This document shows, piece by piece, positions 34,801 to 46,492 of a stretch of DNA of 64,000 nucleotides. The stretch lies in the NCBI RefSeq assembly GCF_018977255.1, contig NW_024704742.1, forward strand, positions 13,456,001 through 13,520,000. Direction: 5' to 3'. Every line of letters begins with the position of its first letter. Position 1 is the first letter of the stretch. The notes beneath the pieces were generated by a model. The model worked only from the letters and a program-made list of their open reading frames with translations. It searched no databases and was not told the origin of the DNA. A program made the position numbers and the translations under genes. This DNA is from Callorhinchus milii (taxonomy: Eukaryota).

Positions 34801-37224
34801 CCACTCACCCCAACCCCCAGCCCTGCCAACTCACCCCGAACCCCAGGCCCACCAACCTACCCCAAGCCCTACTGCTCATCCACCTCACCCCAACCCCAAG
34901 CCCCGCCAACCCCCCCAAACCCCAGCCCACCAACTCACCCCAACCCCCAGCCCCGCCAACTCACCCCAACCACCAGCCCCACCATCTCACCCCAACCCCC
35001 AGCCCCACCAACTCACCCCAAATCCGCAGCCAACCAACTCACCCCAACCCCAGCCCGCCAACTCACCCCAACCCCCAACCCCACCAACTCACCCCAACAC
35101 CCAGCCCCACCAGCTCACCCCAATCCCCACCAAACCCAGCCCCACAACCTCACCCCAAACACCACCAACCCCAGCCCCGCCAACTCACCCCAACCCCAGC
35201 CCGACAACTCACCCCAAACCCCACCAACCCCCAGCCCCACCAACTCACCCCAACCCCCACTGCTCCTCCACCTCACCCCAACCCCCAGCCCTGCCAACTC
35301 ACCCCGAACCCCAACCCCACCAACTCACCCCAACCCCACTGCTCCTTCACCTCACCCCAACCCCCAGCTCCGCCAACTCACCCCAACCCCCAGCCCCGCC
35401 AACACTCCCCAACCCCAGCCCCACCAACTCACCCCAACCCCCACCAAACCCCAGCCCCACCAACTCACCCCAACCTCCAACAACCCCCAGCCCACAACAA
35501 CCACCCAGAACCCGCATCTCACCCCAGCCCCCAACAAACCCCAGCCCCCCAAACTTGTCCCAACCCCACCAAACCTCCAGCCCCCCACCTCACCCCAAGC
35601 CCCCAGCCCCCTAACACCCGAGCACACTCAGCCCCAACATACCCCAGCCCCCAAACTCATCCCAACCCCCAGCCCCCACAATGACCCCCAACCCCAGCCA
35701 GACCATCCCCAGCTCCCACCAACCCCCCAGCCTGAATCTAACCCCAAACACCTCAGGCGCTGCAGCTCCCCAACCACCGCCAGACCCCCACAGTCCTCCC
35801 CAGCCCCTACAGTCCTCCCCAGGCCCCACAGTCCTTCCCAGCCCCCACAGTCCCCCCAAACCCCACCAGACCTCCGCAACACCCATAATCCTCCTGCCCC
35901 CCTAAACTCACCCCAAACCCCCCAGCCCCAACCAACCCACCCGGCCCCACCAACCTCCGCAGCCCCTACCAACACCCCAGCCCCCCAAACCCGCCAGCTC
36001 CCCCAACCCCATAGCACCGCCAACCCCCACAGCACCGCCAACCACCCGCCATCCCCTTCAATCCTCCTCAGCCCCCCAAAACCCCGCAGACCTCCAGCTC
36101 ACCCCAACCCACCCAGCACCCAAAGCAATCCCCAAACCCTGCCAGGCCCCACAATCCTCCCAAACGTAAGCAGACCCGCCCAACTCCCCCAGCCCCCAAG
36201 TCTCCCATCTCACCCCAACCCATCCAGCCCCCATAGCTCCCAAACCCTAGCAACCCCACAGCCCCCCCGGACCCCCACCCAACCCCCCAGTCACTGCAAA
36301 CCCGCCCAGCCCCTGCCAGCATCCCCTAATCCCCCCCCAACTCGCTCAGGTCCCCCAACCATCCCCAACCACACGCCAGCCACCCAGCTCCCCTAACAAC
36401 AATAACAACAACAAAAAGATTACATTTGTATAGCGCCTTTAACGTCAGGAGGACGTCCCAAGGCCCTGGACAGTGTACAGCATTTCAGACCCAAGCTGGG
36501 GTCAAACTCAAACCCCCAGCCCCCCCAACCACCCGCTAGCCACCCCAAACCCCCAACCCCCACAACTCCCCACCAACCCCTCGCCAGCCCCACCAACTCC
36601 CCAGAACCACCCCAGCCCCCCAACTCTCCAGAACCCCCCAGCCCCCCGCCAACCACACGCCAGCCCGCCCAACCACACACCAGACACCCAACCCCCAGCC
36701 ACAACCAACCCCCCAGCCCAACCAACCCCCCCAAGCAACTACCAAACCCCCCCAGCCCCTCCAACCCCCCCAGCCCTCAAACCCCCCAGCCCCCTTAACA
36801 CCCGCCAGCCCCTGAACTGCATGCTAGCCACCCCAACCCCCCCAGCTCGCCAACAACCCCCAGTACCCCAACTCACACCAACGCCGGCCAAACCCACCCC
36901 AGTCCCCACAAACGCCTCGCTTGCCCCCACCCAACCACCCGCCAACGACTCGGCAGCACCCCCAACCACCCGGCAGCCCCCCCAACCACCCGGCAGCCCC
37001 CCTGAACCCCCAGTCCGCCCAACCACCTGTCAACCCCCCAACCCCCCAACAACCCGCCAGCTCCACCAAAACCCCCAGCCCCCACCAACCAACCCAACAA
37101 CCACAACCACCCCCCACCAACCATCCCTGTCCTCACCGATCGCCCCATCCCCCACAACCACCCGCCAACCCTCCCCACCTCCCGCAACCACCCGCCAGCC
37201 TCTCCAATCACCTCCAAACCCCGC
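31821..37224. repeat. GGGGTGAGTTGGTGGGGCTGGGGGTT satellite; G-rich on + up to the gap (34775-34799), C-rich and progressively degenerate after it
   Basis: Directly visible. Confidence 0.95.
36395..36503 (-). mobile_element. L2 3'-tail fragment
   Basis: (AAC)n then the reverse-complement stem-loop; matches the tails near 26850 and 61380. Confidence 0.88.
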
Positions 37225-37607
37225 ATGTATACACCTCACACATCCTATACACACCTCACACATCCTATACACACCTCACACACCCTGTACACGCCTCACA
37301 CACCCGGTACACACCTTACACACTATATACACTTCACACACTATATACCATCACAAACTGTATCCACACACAGCTACACATCATGTACACATTCTATACA
37401 CGGTCACACACTCTATACACAGTGAAACACCCTACACAGTGAAACACCTTGTACACAGTCAAACACTGTATATGCACACCCTATACACAACCGTCACACA
37501 CCCTGTACACAGTCACGCACCCTGTACACAGTCACACACCCTGTGCACAGTCACACACTGTATACCTATGCATGCCTCACACACCCTATACACACCGCAC
37601 ACACCCT

Positions 37608-37932
37608 AATAATAATAATAATCCTTGCATTTGATATAGCGCTTTTCACGTCGGGAGGACGTCCCAAAGCGCTTCACAGAACACACTGTAAAGTGAATTG
37701 ACTGTATATTTGTGGGCGAACGCGGCAGCCAATTGCGCACAGCAATGTCCCACAAACAGTCGTAGATTGAAAATGACCAATTTTTTTTTATTATTATTTT
37801 TGGTTTTTGAAGGGATTATTATTAGGCGTGTGGAGTAAGGAAACTTGCCCAAGGTTTCGCCCTGCCGGGAATTGAACTCAGATCTCTCGCTTGCAAAGCG
37901 AGTGCTCTAACCACTGAGCTACAGGACTCCAC
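37608..37932 (-). mobile_element. Full-length short-form SINE
   Basis: Near-identical to the 17175 and 52194 copies; CACCCT at 37602-07 and 37930-35. Confidence 0.95.
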
Positions 37933-38241
37933 CCTGTATACACCTCACACACTATGCACACTTCACACAGACTATAGACACCTGACACACACTATACACA
38001 CCTCACACACCCTGTGCACACCTCACATACTTCACACACTATACAAACCTCCCACTCACTATACACACCTCATACACACTATACACTCCTCTCCACACCC
38101 TGTCCACACCTCACACACAATATACACATCTCACACACAATATACACACCTCACACACACTCTATACGCACCTCACACACACTATACACAGCCTACACAC
38201 ATCGGACACAAACACTATACACACCTTACACACACTATGTT

Positions 38242-38547
38242 GTGGAGTCCTGTATCTATCTCAATGTTTAGAGCAATCGCCTTACAAGCCAGAGTCCTGG
38301 GTTCAATTCTTGGGAAACTTGGGAAAGTTTCCTTACTCCACACTCCTCATCATAATCCTTCAAGAAAAAAAAATAATAATTTGGTCACTCAGTCTACAAC
38401 TGTTTGTGGGACACTACTGTGTGTAATTGGCTGTCGAGTTTCGTCCACAAGTATACAGTCAATTCACTTGTATATTCTGTGAAGCGCTTTGAGACATCAA
38501 GAAGACGTGAAAAGCACTGTATCAGATGCAAGGATTATTATTATTAT
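38242..38547 (+). mobile_element. Full-length short-form SINE, diverged
   Basis: gtggagtcctgta head through ggattattattatt tail. Confidence 0.9.
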
Positions 38548-39231
38548 ACACACCTCACACATATACACACCTCACACACACACTATACACACCTCACACA
38601 CTATACACACACTATACACACCTCACACACAAACTGTGCACACCTCACACGCACACTCTACACACCTCACACACCCTGTACATACCTCACACACCCTGTA
38701 CACACTTCACACACCCTATGCACACCTCACACACCTTAGCACACCTCACATACCCTATGCACACACACATACACTATACACACACCGTATACGCAGTCAC
38801 ACACCCTGTGCACAGTCACACGCTCTATACACAATCATACACACTTCACACACACTATACGCACCTTACACACGCTATACTCACCTCACACACCCTTACA
38901 CACCTCACACACCCTTACACACCTCACACACCCTATACACATCTCACACACCTTAGCACACCTCACATACCCTATGCACACACACATACCTTATACACAC
39001 ACACTATACACACACCGTATACGCAGTCACACACCCTGTGCACAGTCACATGCTCTATACACAATCATACACACCTCACACACAATATACACACCTCACA
39101 CACACTATGTACACCTCACACATACCTATACACACCTCACACTCACTATACACACCTCACACACTATACACACACCTTATACACACACAAACCCTATACA
39201 CATACAAATCCTATATACACACACACGATAC

Positions 39232-42200
39232 TGTGATGATTTGAGGAGGGAGTTCAAGGAGCTGGGAACTAAATTAAAACAAAGAACATCAAAGGTAGTG
39301 ATGTCAGGATTGCTGCCTTTGACATGTGCAAATTGGTACAGGAATAAGCAAATTAGAGAGTTAAATGCATGGCTGAGGGAGTGGTGTGGAACGCAGAGGT
39401 TTCATTTTAAGGGCCACTGGCACCAGTATTGGGGGAAAAGGGGTCTATTTCAAAAAGATGGGCTCCACTTAAATCGGGCTGGGACAAATGTCCTAGCAAA
39501 CCGAATACACGGAGGTAAATAAAGCTTTAAACTAGTAACGTGGGGGGGTGGGGGGGATACAATTAGAAATAATCGCAAGCCAGCAATATTAAAAAAACTA
39601 AAGGTGGCAGAACAGAATAGCTCGGGAGATAAACAGAATAGCTCAAAGAGGGGTAAGAAGCTCAGTAAAGAAGATAGGGCATCAGGGAGTAGGTAAATGG
39701 TAAGAAATTAAAATCGCTATATCTAAATGCACGAAGCACTCAGAATAAGATAGATGAATTAAAGGCACAGATAGATATGAACAGGTATGATCTAGTAGCC
39801 ATTACTGAAACATGGTTACAGGGAGATCTGGGGTGGGAGTTTAATATTCCGGGGTTTTCAGCTTATAGGAAGGATAGACAATGTGGAAAACGAGGTGGCG
39901 GGGTAGCCTTGTTAATAAAGCATGGAATAAAAACAGTAGAGAGGAAGGATTTCAAGTCCAATAACCAGGATGTAGAAACGGTATGCTTAGAATTACCAAA
40001 TAAAAAGGGGCAGAAAACATTAGTGGGAGTAGTTTATAGACCCCCAAACAGTGATCACAGCATAGCGCAGGGTATTAATCAGGAAATTAGAGGAGCATGT
40101 AGCAAAGGTAATACAGTAATAGTGGATGATTTCAATCTTCACATAGATTGGGAAAACCAAATAGGCAAAAGTAGGGTAGAGGAGGAGTTTATAGACTGCA
40201 TGAGAGATAGCTGTCTGGAGCAGTATGCAGAGGAACCAACTAGGGAATAGACCAACCTAGACCTTGTTTTGTGTAACAAAACAGGGCTAGTCGTTAATAT
40301 AGATATTAAGGCTCCTCGAGGGCAGAATGATCATAACACGATAGAATTTAGTATTAAGTTAGAGAGCGATGTAGTCAAATCTGAAGCAAGGGTCTTAAAT
40401 TTAAGTAAAGCTAACTTTGCAGGTATGAGGGAAGAATTAGCTAAAATAGACTGTGGAATTAGATTAATGGATATGACAATAGACCAACAGTGGCAAACTT
40501 TTAAAGATGTAGTGCAAAATTCTCAGCGATCACGTATTCCCTTTAAGGAATAAGAATACCACAGGGAAAGCAGTTCATCAGTGTCTAACTAGAGCAGTTA
40601 AAGAGAAAGTATAAAACTAAGGCCTATAAAACTGCCAAAAAGAGTAGCAAACCTGAGGACTGGAAGTGTTTTAGGGACCAACAAAGGAAAACCAAAAAGC
40701 TCATTAGAGTGAGAAAATGGATTATGAGGGGAGGAACATTAGGAACATTAAGACAGATTGTAAGAGTTTTTATAAATACATTAAGAGGAATAGGCTAGCA
40801 AAAGTAAATGTGGGTCCATTACAGGCAGAGACAGGAGGAATTATAATGGGGGATAAGGATATCGCAGAGTCCCTAAATAAATACTTTGCTTCTGTCTTCA
40901 CGTTAGATGACACAAGAAGTTTACCAGAAATAGAGATGAACCAAGGGGCTACTGATAGGGAGCAACTTAGGGAGATTTACATTAGCAAAGAATTGGTGCT
41001 AGGGAAATTGTTGGCATTAAAAAGTGACAAGTCCCCTGGACCTGATGGTTTGCATCCTAGGGTTTTAAAAGAGGTAGCTCATGAGATAGTAGAGGCCTTG
41101 TGTCCAATCTTCCAAAATTCTTTGGATTCTGGAATGGTTCCCATTGATTGGAAGATCGCAAACGTCACACCACTATTTACGAAGGGTGGGAGAGAAAAGA
41201 TGGGGAACTATAGACCAGTTAGTCTGACATCGGTGGTAGGGAAAATTCTAGATTCCTTAATTAAGGATGTTGTAGTGGGATACGTAGAGGATCACAATAT
41301 GATTAGACAGAGTCAACATGGCTTTACAAAAGAGAAGTCATGCTTAACAATTTTTTAAGTTTTTTTGAGGACATATCAAGTAGATTAGAGGGGAATCAGT
41401 GGATGTGGTGTATTTAGATTTCCAAAAGGCATTCGATAAGGTGCCGCATAAAAGGTTGATTCACAAGATTAGAGCCCACGGAATTAAGGGGAATATATTA
41501 GCATGGATTGAAGAACAGCTAACGGGAAGAAAATAAAGAGTAGGGATAAACGGGTCCTTCTCAAATTGGTGGGATGTGACTAGTGGAGTGCCACAAGGAT
41601 CAGTGCTTGGGCCTCAACTATGTACTATCTACATCAACGATCTAGATGAAGACATCGAACTTAATATATCCAAATTCGCGGATGACACTAAACTAGGAGG
41701 GAGAGTAAACACCGAGGATGACATTAAAAAAATGCAACGAGATATAGATAGGCTAGGTGAGTGGGCAAATAGGTGGCAGATGAAGTATAATGTAAGGTCG
41801 TCCATCTAGGTGGAAAAACAGCAGAGCAGATTATTTTTTAGGAGAGAGACTAGATAGTGTTAGCGTTCAGAGGGACTTGGGTGTCCTTGTACACCAGTCA
41901 CAAAAAGTTAGTTTGCAGATACAGCAAGCAATTAGGAAGGCTAACAGTATGTTGGCATTTGTTACAAAAGGGTTAGAATATAAGTGTAGGGAAGTCTTGC
42001 TGCAACTGTATAGGGCCCTGGTGAGACCACACCTAGAATATTGTGTGCAGTTTTGGTCTCCTTATTTAAGAAAGGATGTACTTGCCTTGGAGGGGTTACA
42101 ACGTAGATTCACAAGGTTGGTACCAGGGATGAGGGGGATGAATTATGAGGATAGATTGAGCAATTTAGGCCTATATTCTTTAGAATATAGAAAAATGAGA

Positions 42201-42914
42201 GGTGATCTTATAGAAACCATTAAGATTATTAAGGGGCACGACAGAATAGATAGTGGGAGACTTTTGCCCCTGGTTGGAGAAACTATAACCAGGGGTCACA
42301 GTCTTAAAATTAGGGGTAAGCCCTTTCGCACTGAGTTGAGGAAAAACTTCTTCACTCAGAGGGTAGTGAATTTATGGAATTCTCTGCCCCAAAAGGGCTG
42401 TAGATGCTCAGTCCTTGAACATGTGGAGTCCTGTAGCTCAGTGGTTGAGCACTCGCTTTGCAAGTGACAGACCTGAGTTCAATTCCCGGCAGAGCGAAAC
42501 CTTGGGCAAGTTTCCTTACTCCACACAGAGCCTAATAATAATCCCTCCAAAACAAAACAATAATACATTGGTAATTTTCAATCCACGACTGTTTGTGGGA
42601 CACTGCAGTGCGCAATTGACTGCCGCGTTCGCCCACAAATATACAGTCAATTCACTTACAGTATATTCTGTGAAGCGCTTTGGGACGTCTAGAAGACGTG
42701 AAAAGCACTAATCAAATGCAAGGATTATTATTATATTATATATTATTATATTCAAGACTGAGATTGATAGATTTCTTGTAGATTAAGGGATATGGGGATA
42801 AGGCAGGTAGGTGGAGTTAGAATAGATCAGCTATGATTTTATTGAATGGCGGGGCAGGCTAGAGGGGCCGAATGGCTTACTCCTGCTCCTAATTCTTATG
42901 TTCTTATGTTCTTA
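39232..42914 (+). mobile_element. CR1 LINE, 5'-truncated in the ORF1 esterase, ORF2 disabled
   Basis: [50 protein letters not shown]; (TTCTTATG)n tail. Confidence 0.95.
42423..42750 (+). mobile_element. Full-length short-form SINE in the CR1 3' end
   Basis: Head with a perfect A-box, B-box, core and tail; loop variant TAGAA. Confidence 0.95.
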
Positions 42915-43486
42915 TACACACCTTATACACACCTTATAGACATACCCTAAACATACACACATTATACACACTCCCTGTAGGCACACCCTACACACACACT
43001 GTACACACACCATATACATAGTCACACACCCTGTACGCAGTCACACAACCTATACACAGTCACACACCCTGTACACAATCATATACCCTATACATACCTC
43101 ACGCACCCTATACATTCCTCACACACCCTATACACACCTCACACACCCTATGCACACCTCACACACTATACACACACAAACTCTATACAAACACACACGC
43201 TATATACACACACCCTAATGCATCACACTTTACAGACATATCCTATACACACACACACACACACTATACATACTCCCTGTAGACACACCCTATATACACA
43301 TATTGTACACACACCCTATACCCACACTGTACACACCCTATACACAGTCACACACCCTTTTCACAGTCACACACCATATACACACACCCTGTATACAGTC
43401 ATACACAGTCACACACCCTATATAGGATACGTCTATAAGGTGTGTGTATAGGGTTTGTGTGTATATAGGGTTTGTGTGTGTATAGG

Positions 43487-43968
43487 GTTTGAATTCAAGA
43501 TCCTCATCCTTACCTACAAGGCCATTCATGGCCTTGCTCCCTCCTACCTCTCCGACCTACTATCCCCCTACCTACCTGCCCGTACCCTCCGTTCCTCTGG
43601 CTCCGGTCTGCTCCACGTCCCCCGCCCCAACCGCCCTACCATCGGTGGTCGGGCCTTCAGCCTCTCAGTCCCGAGGCTCTGGAACTCTATCCCCCAGTGC
43701 CTTCGCCGCCTCCTCCCTTTCCTCCTTCAAGGCCGGTCTCAAGACCTTTCTCTTTGACCGTGCCTTCAGCTCCCCTCTCGACTCTCTACGCCCTCCTCGC
43801 TCCTTCCCTTCCCCTCACCCTGACCATTTCCCCCTCCTCGCTCCCTCCCTTCCCTCCCCTAACCCTGACCATTTCCCCCCTGCTCGGGTCCTGACCCAAC
43901 TGTCCAGCACCTTGGGACGTCCTCCCGATGTGAAAGGCGCTCTATAAATGGAATCTTGTTGTTGTTTT
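43487..43968 (+). mobile_element. L2 3' fragment
   Basis: FKILILTYKAIHGLAPSYL...GGRAFS; stem-loop and gttgtt tail. Confidence 0.92.
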
Positions 43969-44457
43969 TGTGTGTGGAAAGGGTTTGTGTGTGTATAGGG
44001 TTTGTGTGAGTATAAGGTTTGTGTGTGTATTAAGGTGTGTGTATAGTGTGTGAGGTGTGTATAGGGTGTGTGAAGTGGGTATAGTGTGTGTGAGGTGTGT
44101 TATAGCATGTGTGTCAAACACCCTGTACACAGTCACACACCCTGTACACAGTCACACACCCTATGTATCCTGTGAAGCGCTTTGAGACATCTCAAAGGCG
44201 TGATGAGGCTCTATATCAAATGCAAGAATTATTATATATATCGATCCGTCGCTTCACGGCTGTTGTGCTGTGTTTATGTTTTTCACTAGACAAAGTGGGT
44301 GATGATTTGCATGATGATCAGAAGCTGAGGAGGCTATCGTGTGTGTGAGTGTCACATTGCTGCTCCAGGGAGGCACGGTTATAGCAGGACCATGAGATGT
44401 GACTGTGTGAGCAGGGAGCAGTGCAGTGGATGTCGCCGCAGTGGCTCTGTGTGAGCG

Positions 44458-45155
44458 ATGGCTTCTCTGGACTTACCCTATCGCTGTCCTAGGTGTGGGG
44501 AACACAAGCGTTTCAGGAGCCTGTCATCATTACGAGCTCACCTGGAATATAACCACACGTATGAAACTTTGTACGTCCTCTCCAAGTCTAATAGTGTCTG
44601 TGACACCAGCCTGCTGTCTCCCAGTGACCTGCCAGTCCTCATACCCGCTGTCCGCAAGGACATTTTTGAAAGCACATCTTTCAGGAGCAAAGAACAGCGC
44701 CATCTGTACGACTTACAGTGCGGAGAAGACGTGGCTCAGAGCTCTGCCAGTTACATGCCCGAGGGGAAGCTTCCAGTCAATGAAATACTGATGAAGAAGG
44801 CGCTGAGCTCTCCCCCTGCCTCAATAGCGGGGGACACTGTGTACGAGGAGGGCGAGACTCGTCTGAAGGTCCAGGCATTAGAGACATTGAACCTGAACCA
44901 GCATCTGGAGAAGCTGTCACAGGAGGTGGAGCAGAAGATCGCAGCGCGGGTGGACAGGCTACAGGGCGAGCTGGAGAAGAGGAGCTGTGAGCTGGAGAGG
45001 GCGAGGCAGGACAGCCTGAAGCTGAGCCGAGAGAAGCGGGACATGGAGGAGAGGGCCTCAGAGCTGTCCCGACAGGTGGACGTGAGTGTGGAGATGCTGG
45101 CGGCCCTCAAACAGGACCTGGTGCAGAAAGATCAGGAGCTCGTCCACAAACAGCA
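44458..45155 (+). CDS. FBXO41: FBXO41(-like) first coding exon: C2H2-like finger and coiled coil
   Basis: MASLDLPYRCPRCGEHKRFRSLSSLRAHLEYNHTYETLY...ELSRQVDVSVEMLAALKQDL is the FBXO41 N-terminus. Donor CA|GTGAGT (phase 2). The exon probably starts at 44290 (gtttttcactag|). Confidence 0.96.
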
Positions 45156-45189
45156 GTGAGTCGGTAATGTTCTTCTCACATACAGCAAG

Positions 45190-46492
45190 AAAGAGGCCAG
45201 AGAGACGGAGAGAGCGAGAGAGAGAAGCCACAGAGAGAGAGCACATACAAAGAGAGAGCCCAGAGAGAGTGAGTGAGAGCATAGAGAGAGAGAGCACACA
45301 GAATGAGAGAGCACCGAGAGAATGAGACAGCAGAGAGAGACAGAACATGGAGAAAGAAATGAGCGCAGAGAGAGAAAATGAGAGAGCAAAGAGAGAGATA
45401 GAGCAGAGAGAGAGAAAGAGCAGAGAGAGAGAGAGACAGAGCATGAAGAGAGAGAATGGGAGAGCAAAGAGAGAAAGTACGGAGAGAGCACAGAGAGAGA
45501 ATAGAGAGAGAGAGAGAGAGAGCATAGAGAGAACAAAGAGAAAGAAGAGAGAGAGGGAACACAGAGGGAGAGAGAGAGGGAATGGAGAGAGAGCACACAG
45601 AACAGAGAGAGAGAACAGAGGGAGAGAGAGGGAACAGAGAGAAAGAGAGAGCACAGAGAGCGAGAACAGAGATAGAGCACAGAGAGAGAGCAAACAGAGG
45701 ATAGCGAGAGAGAGCGAGCACAGAGAGAAACAGCATAGAGAGAGAGGGACAACACAGAAAGAGAAAGAGCACAGAGAGAGGGAGAGCATAATAGAGAGAG
45801 AGACCACACACAGAGCATAGAGAGAGAGAACAGAGAGGAAGAGAGCACATAGAGAGAAAGAGAACAGAGACAGAGAGCACAGAAAGAGAGAGAGCAAGAA
45901 CAGAGAAAGCAAACAGGGAGAGCACAGAGAGCGAGAACAGAGAGAGAGAGAGCACAGAGAGCGAGAATAGAGAGAATAATAATCCCTCTAAAACAAAATA
46001 ATAATAAATTGGTCATTTTCAATCTACGACTGTTTGTGGGACATTGCTGTGCGCAATTGACTGCCGCGTTCGCCCACAAATATACAGTCAATTCACTTTA
46101 CAGTGTGTTCTGTGAAGTGCTTTGAGACGTCCTCCCGACGTGAAAAGCGCTATATCAAATGCAAGGATTATTATTATTATAGAGAGAGAGCACAGAGAGT
46201 GAGAATAGAGAGCACAGAGAGTAGGAAGAACAGAGAGAGAGAGAGAACAGAGACACAGAGAGAGAGAGAGAGAGAGAGCACGGAGAGAGATCAGAGAGAG
46301 TGTGAGCACATAGAGAGAGATAAAGTACAGAGCGCGAAAATGAGAGAGCAAAGAGAGAGAGCGCACAGAGAGAGAGAAAGAGTGAGAGCAGAGTGAGAGA
46401 CCGAACATAGAGAGAGAGAGCGCGCATAGAGAGAGAACAGAGGGAGAGAGCACACAGAAAGAATGAGAAGAGAGAGAGACCAGAGAGAGAGA
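45190..46492. repeat. (GA)-rich compound microsatellite containing a 5'-truncated SINE (45974-46180, +)
   Basis: Directly visible. Confidence 0.95.

Larger units (their letters stand above)
37225..44165. repeat. CACACCTCACACACCCTATA-type CA-rich satellite hosting SINEs, a CR1 and an L2
   Basis: Present at 37225-39230, 42915-43485 and 43970-44165. Confidence 0.9.

Noticed and set aside
31725..37609. 500-800-aa Pro-rich ORFs
   Set aside because: Satellite translations; several run through the N gap.
42423..42495. tRNA-Ala(TGC)-like sequence (A-box, TTTGCAA anticodon loop, B-box), also at 17450, 18300, 37865 and 52450
   Set aside because: These are SINE heads: no proper acceptor stem, and each continues into the SINE body and tail.
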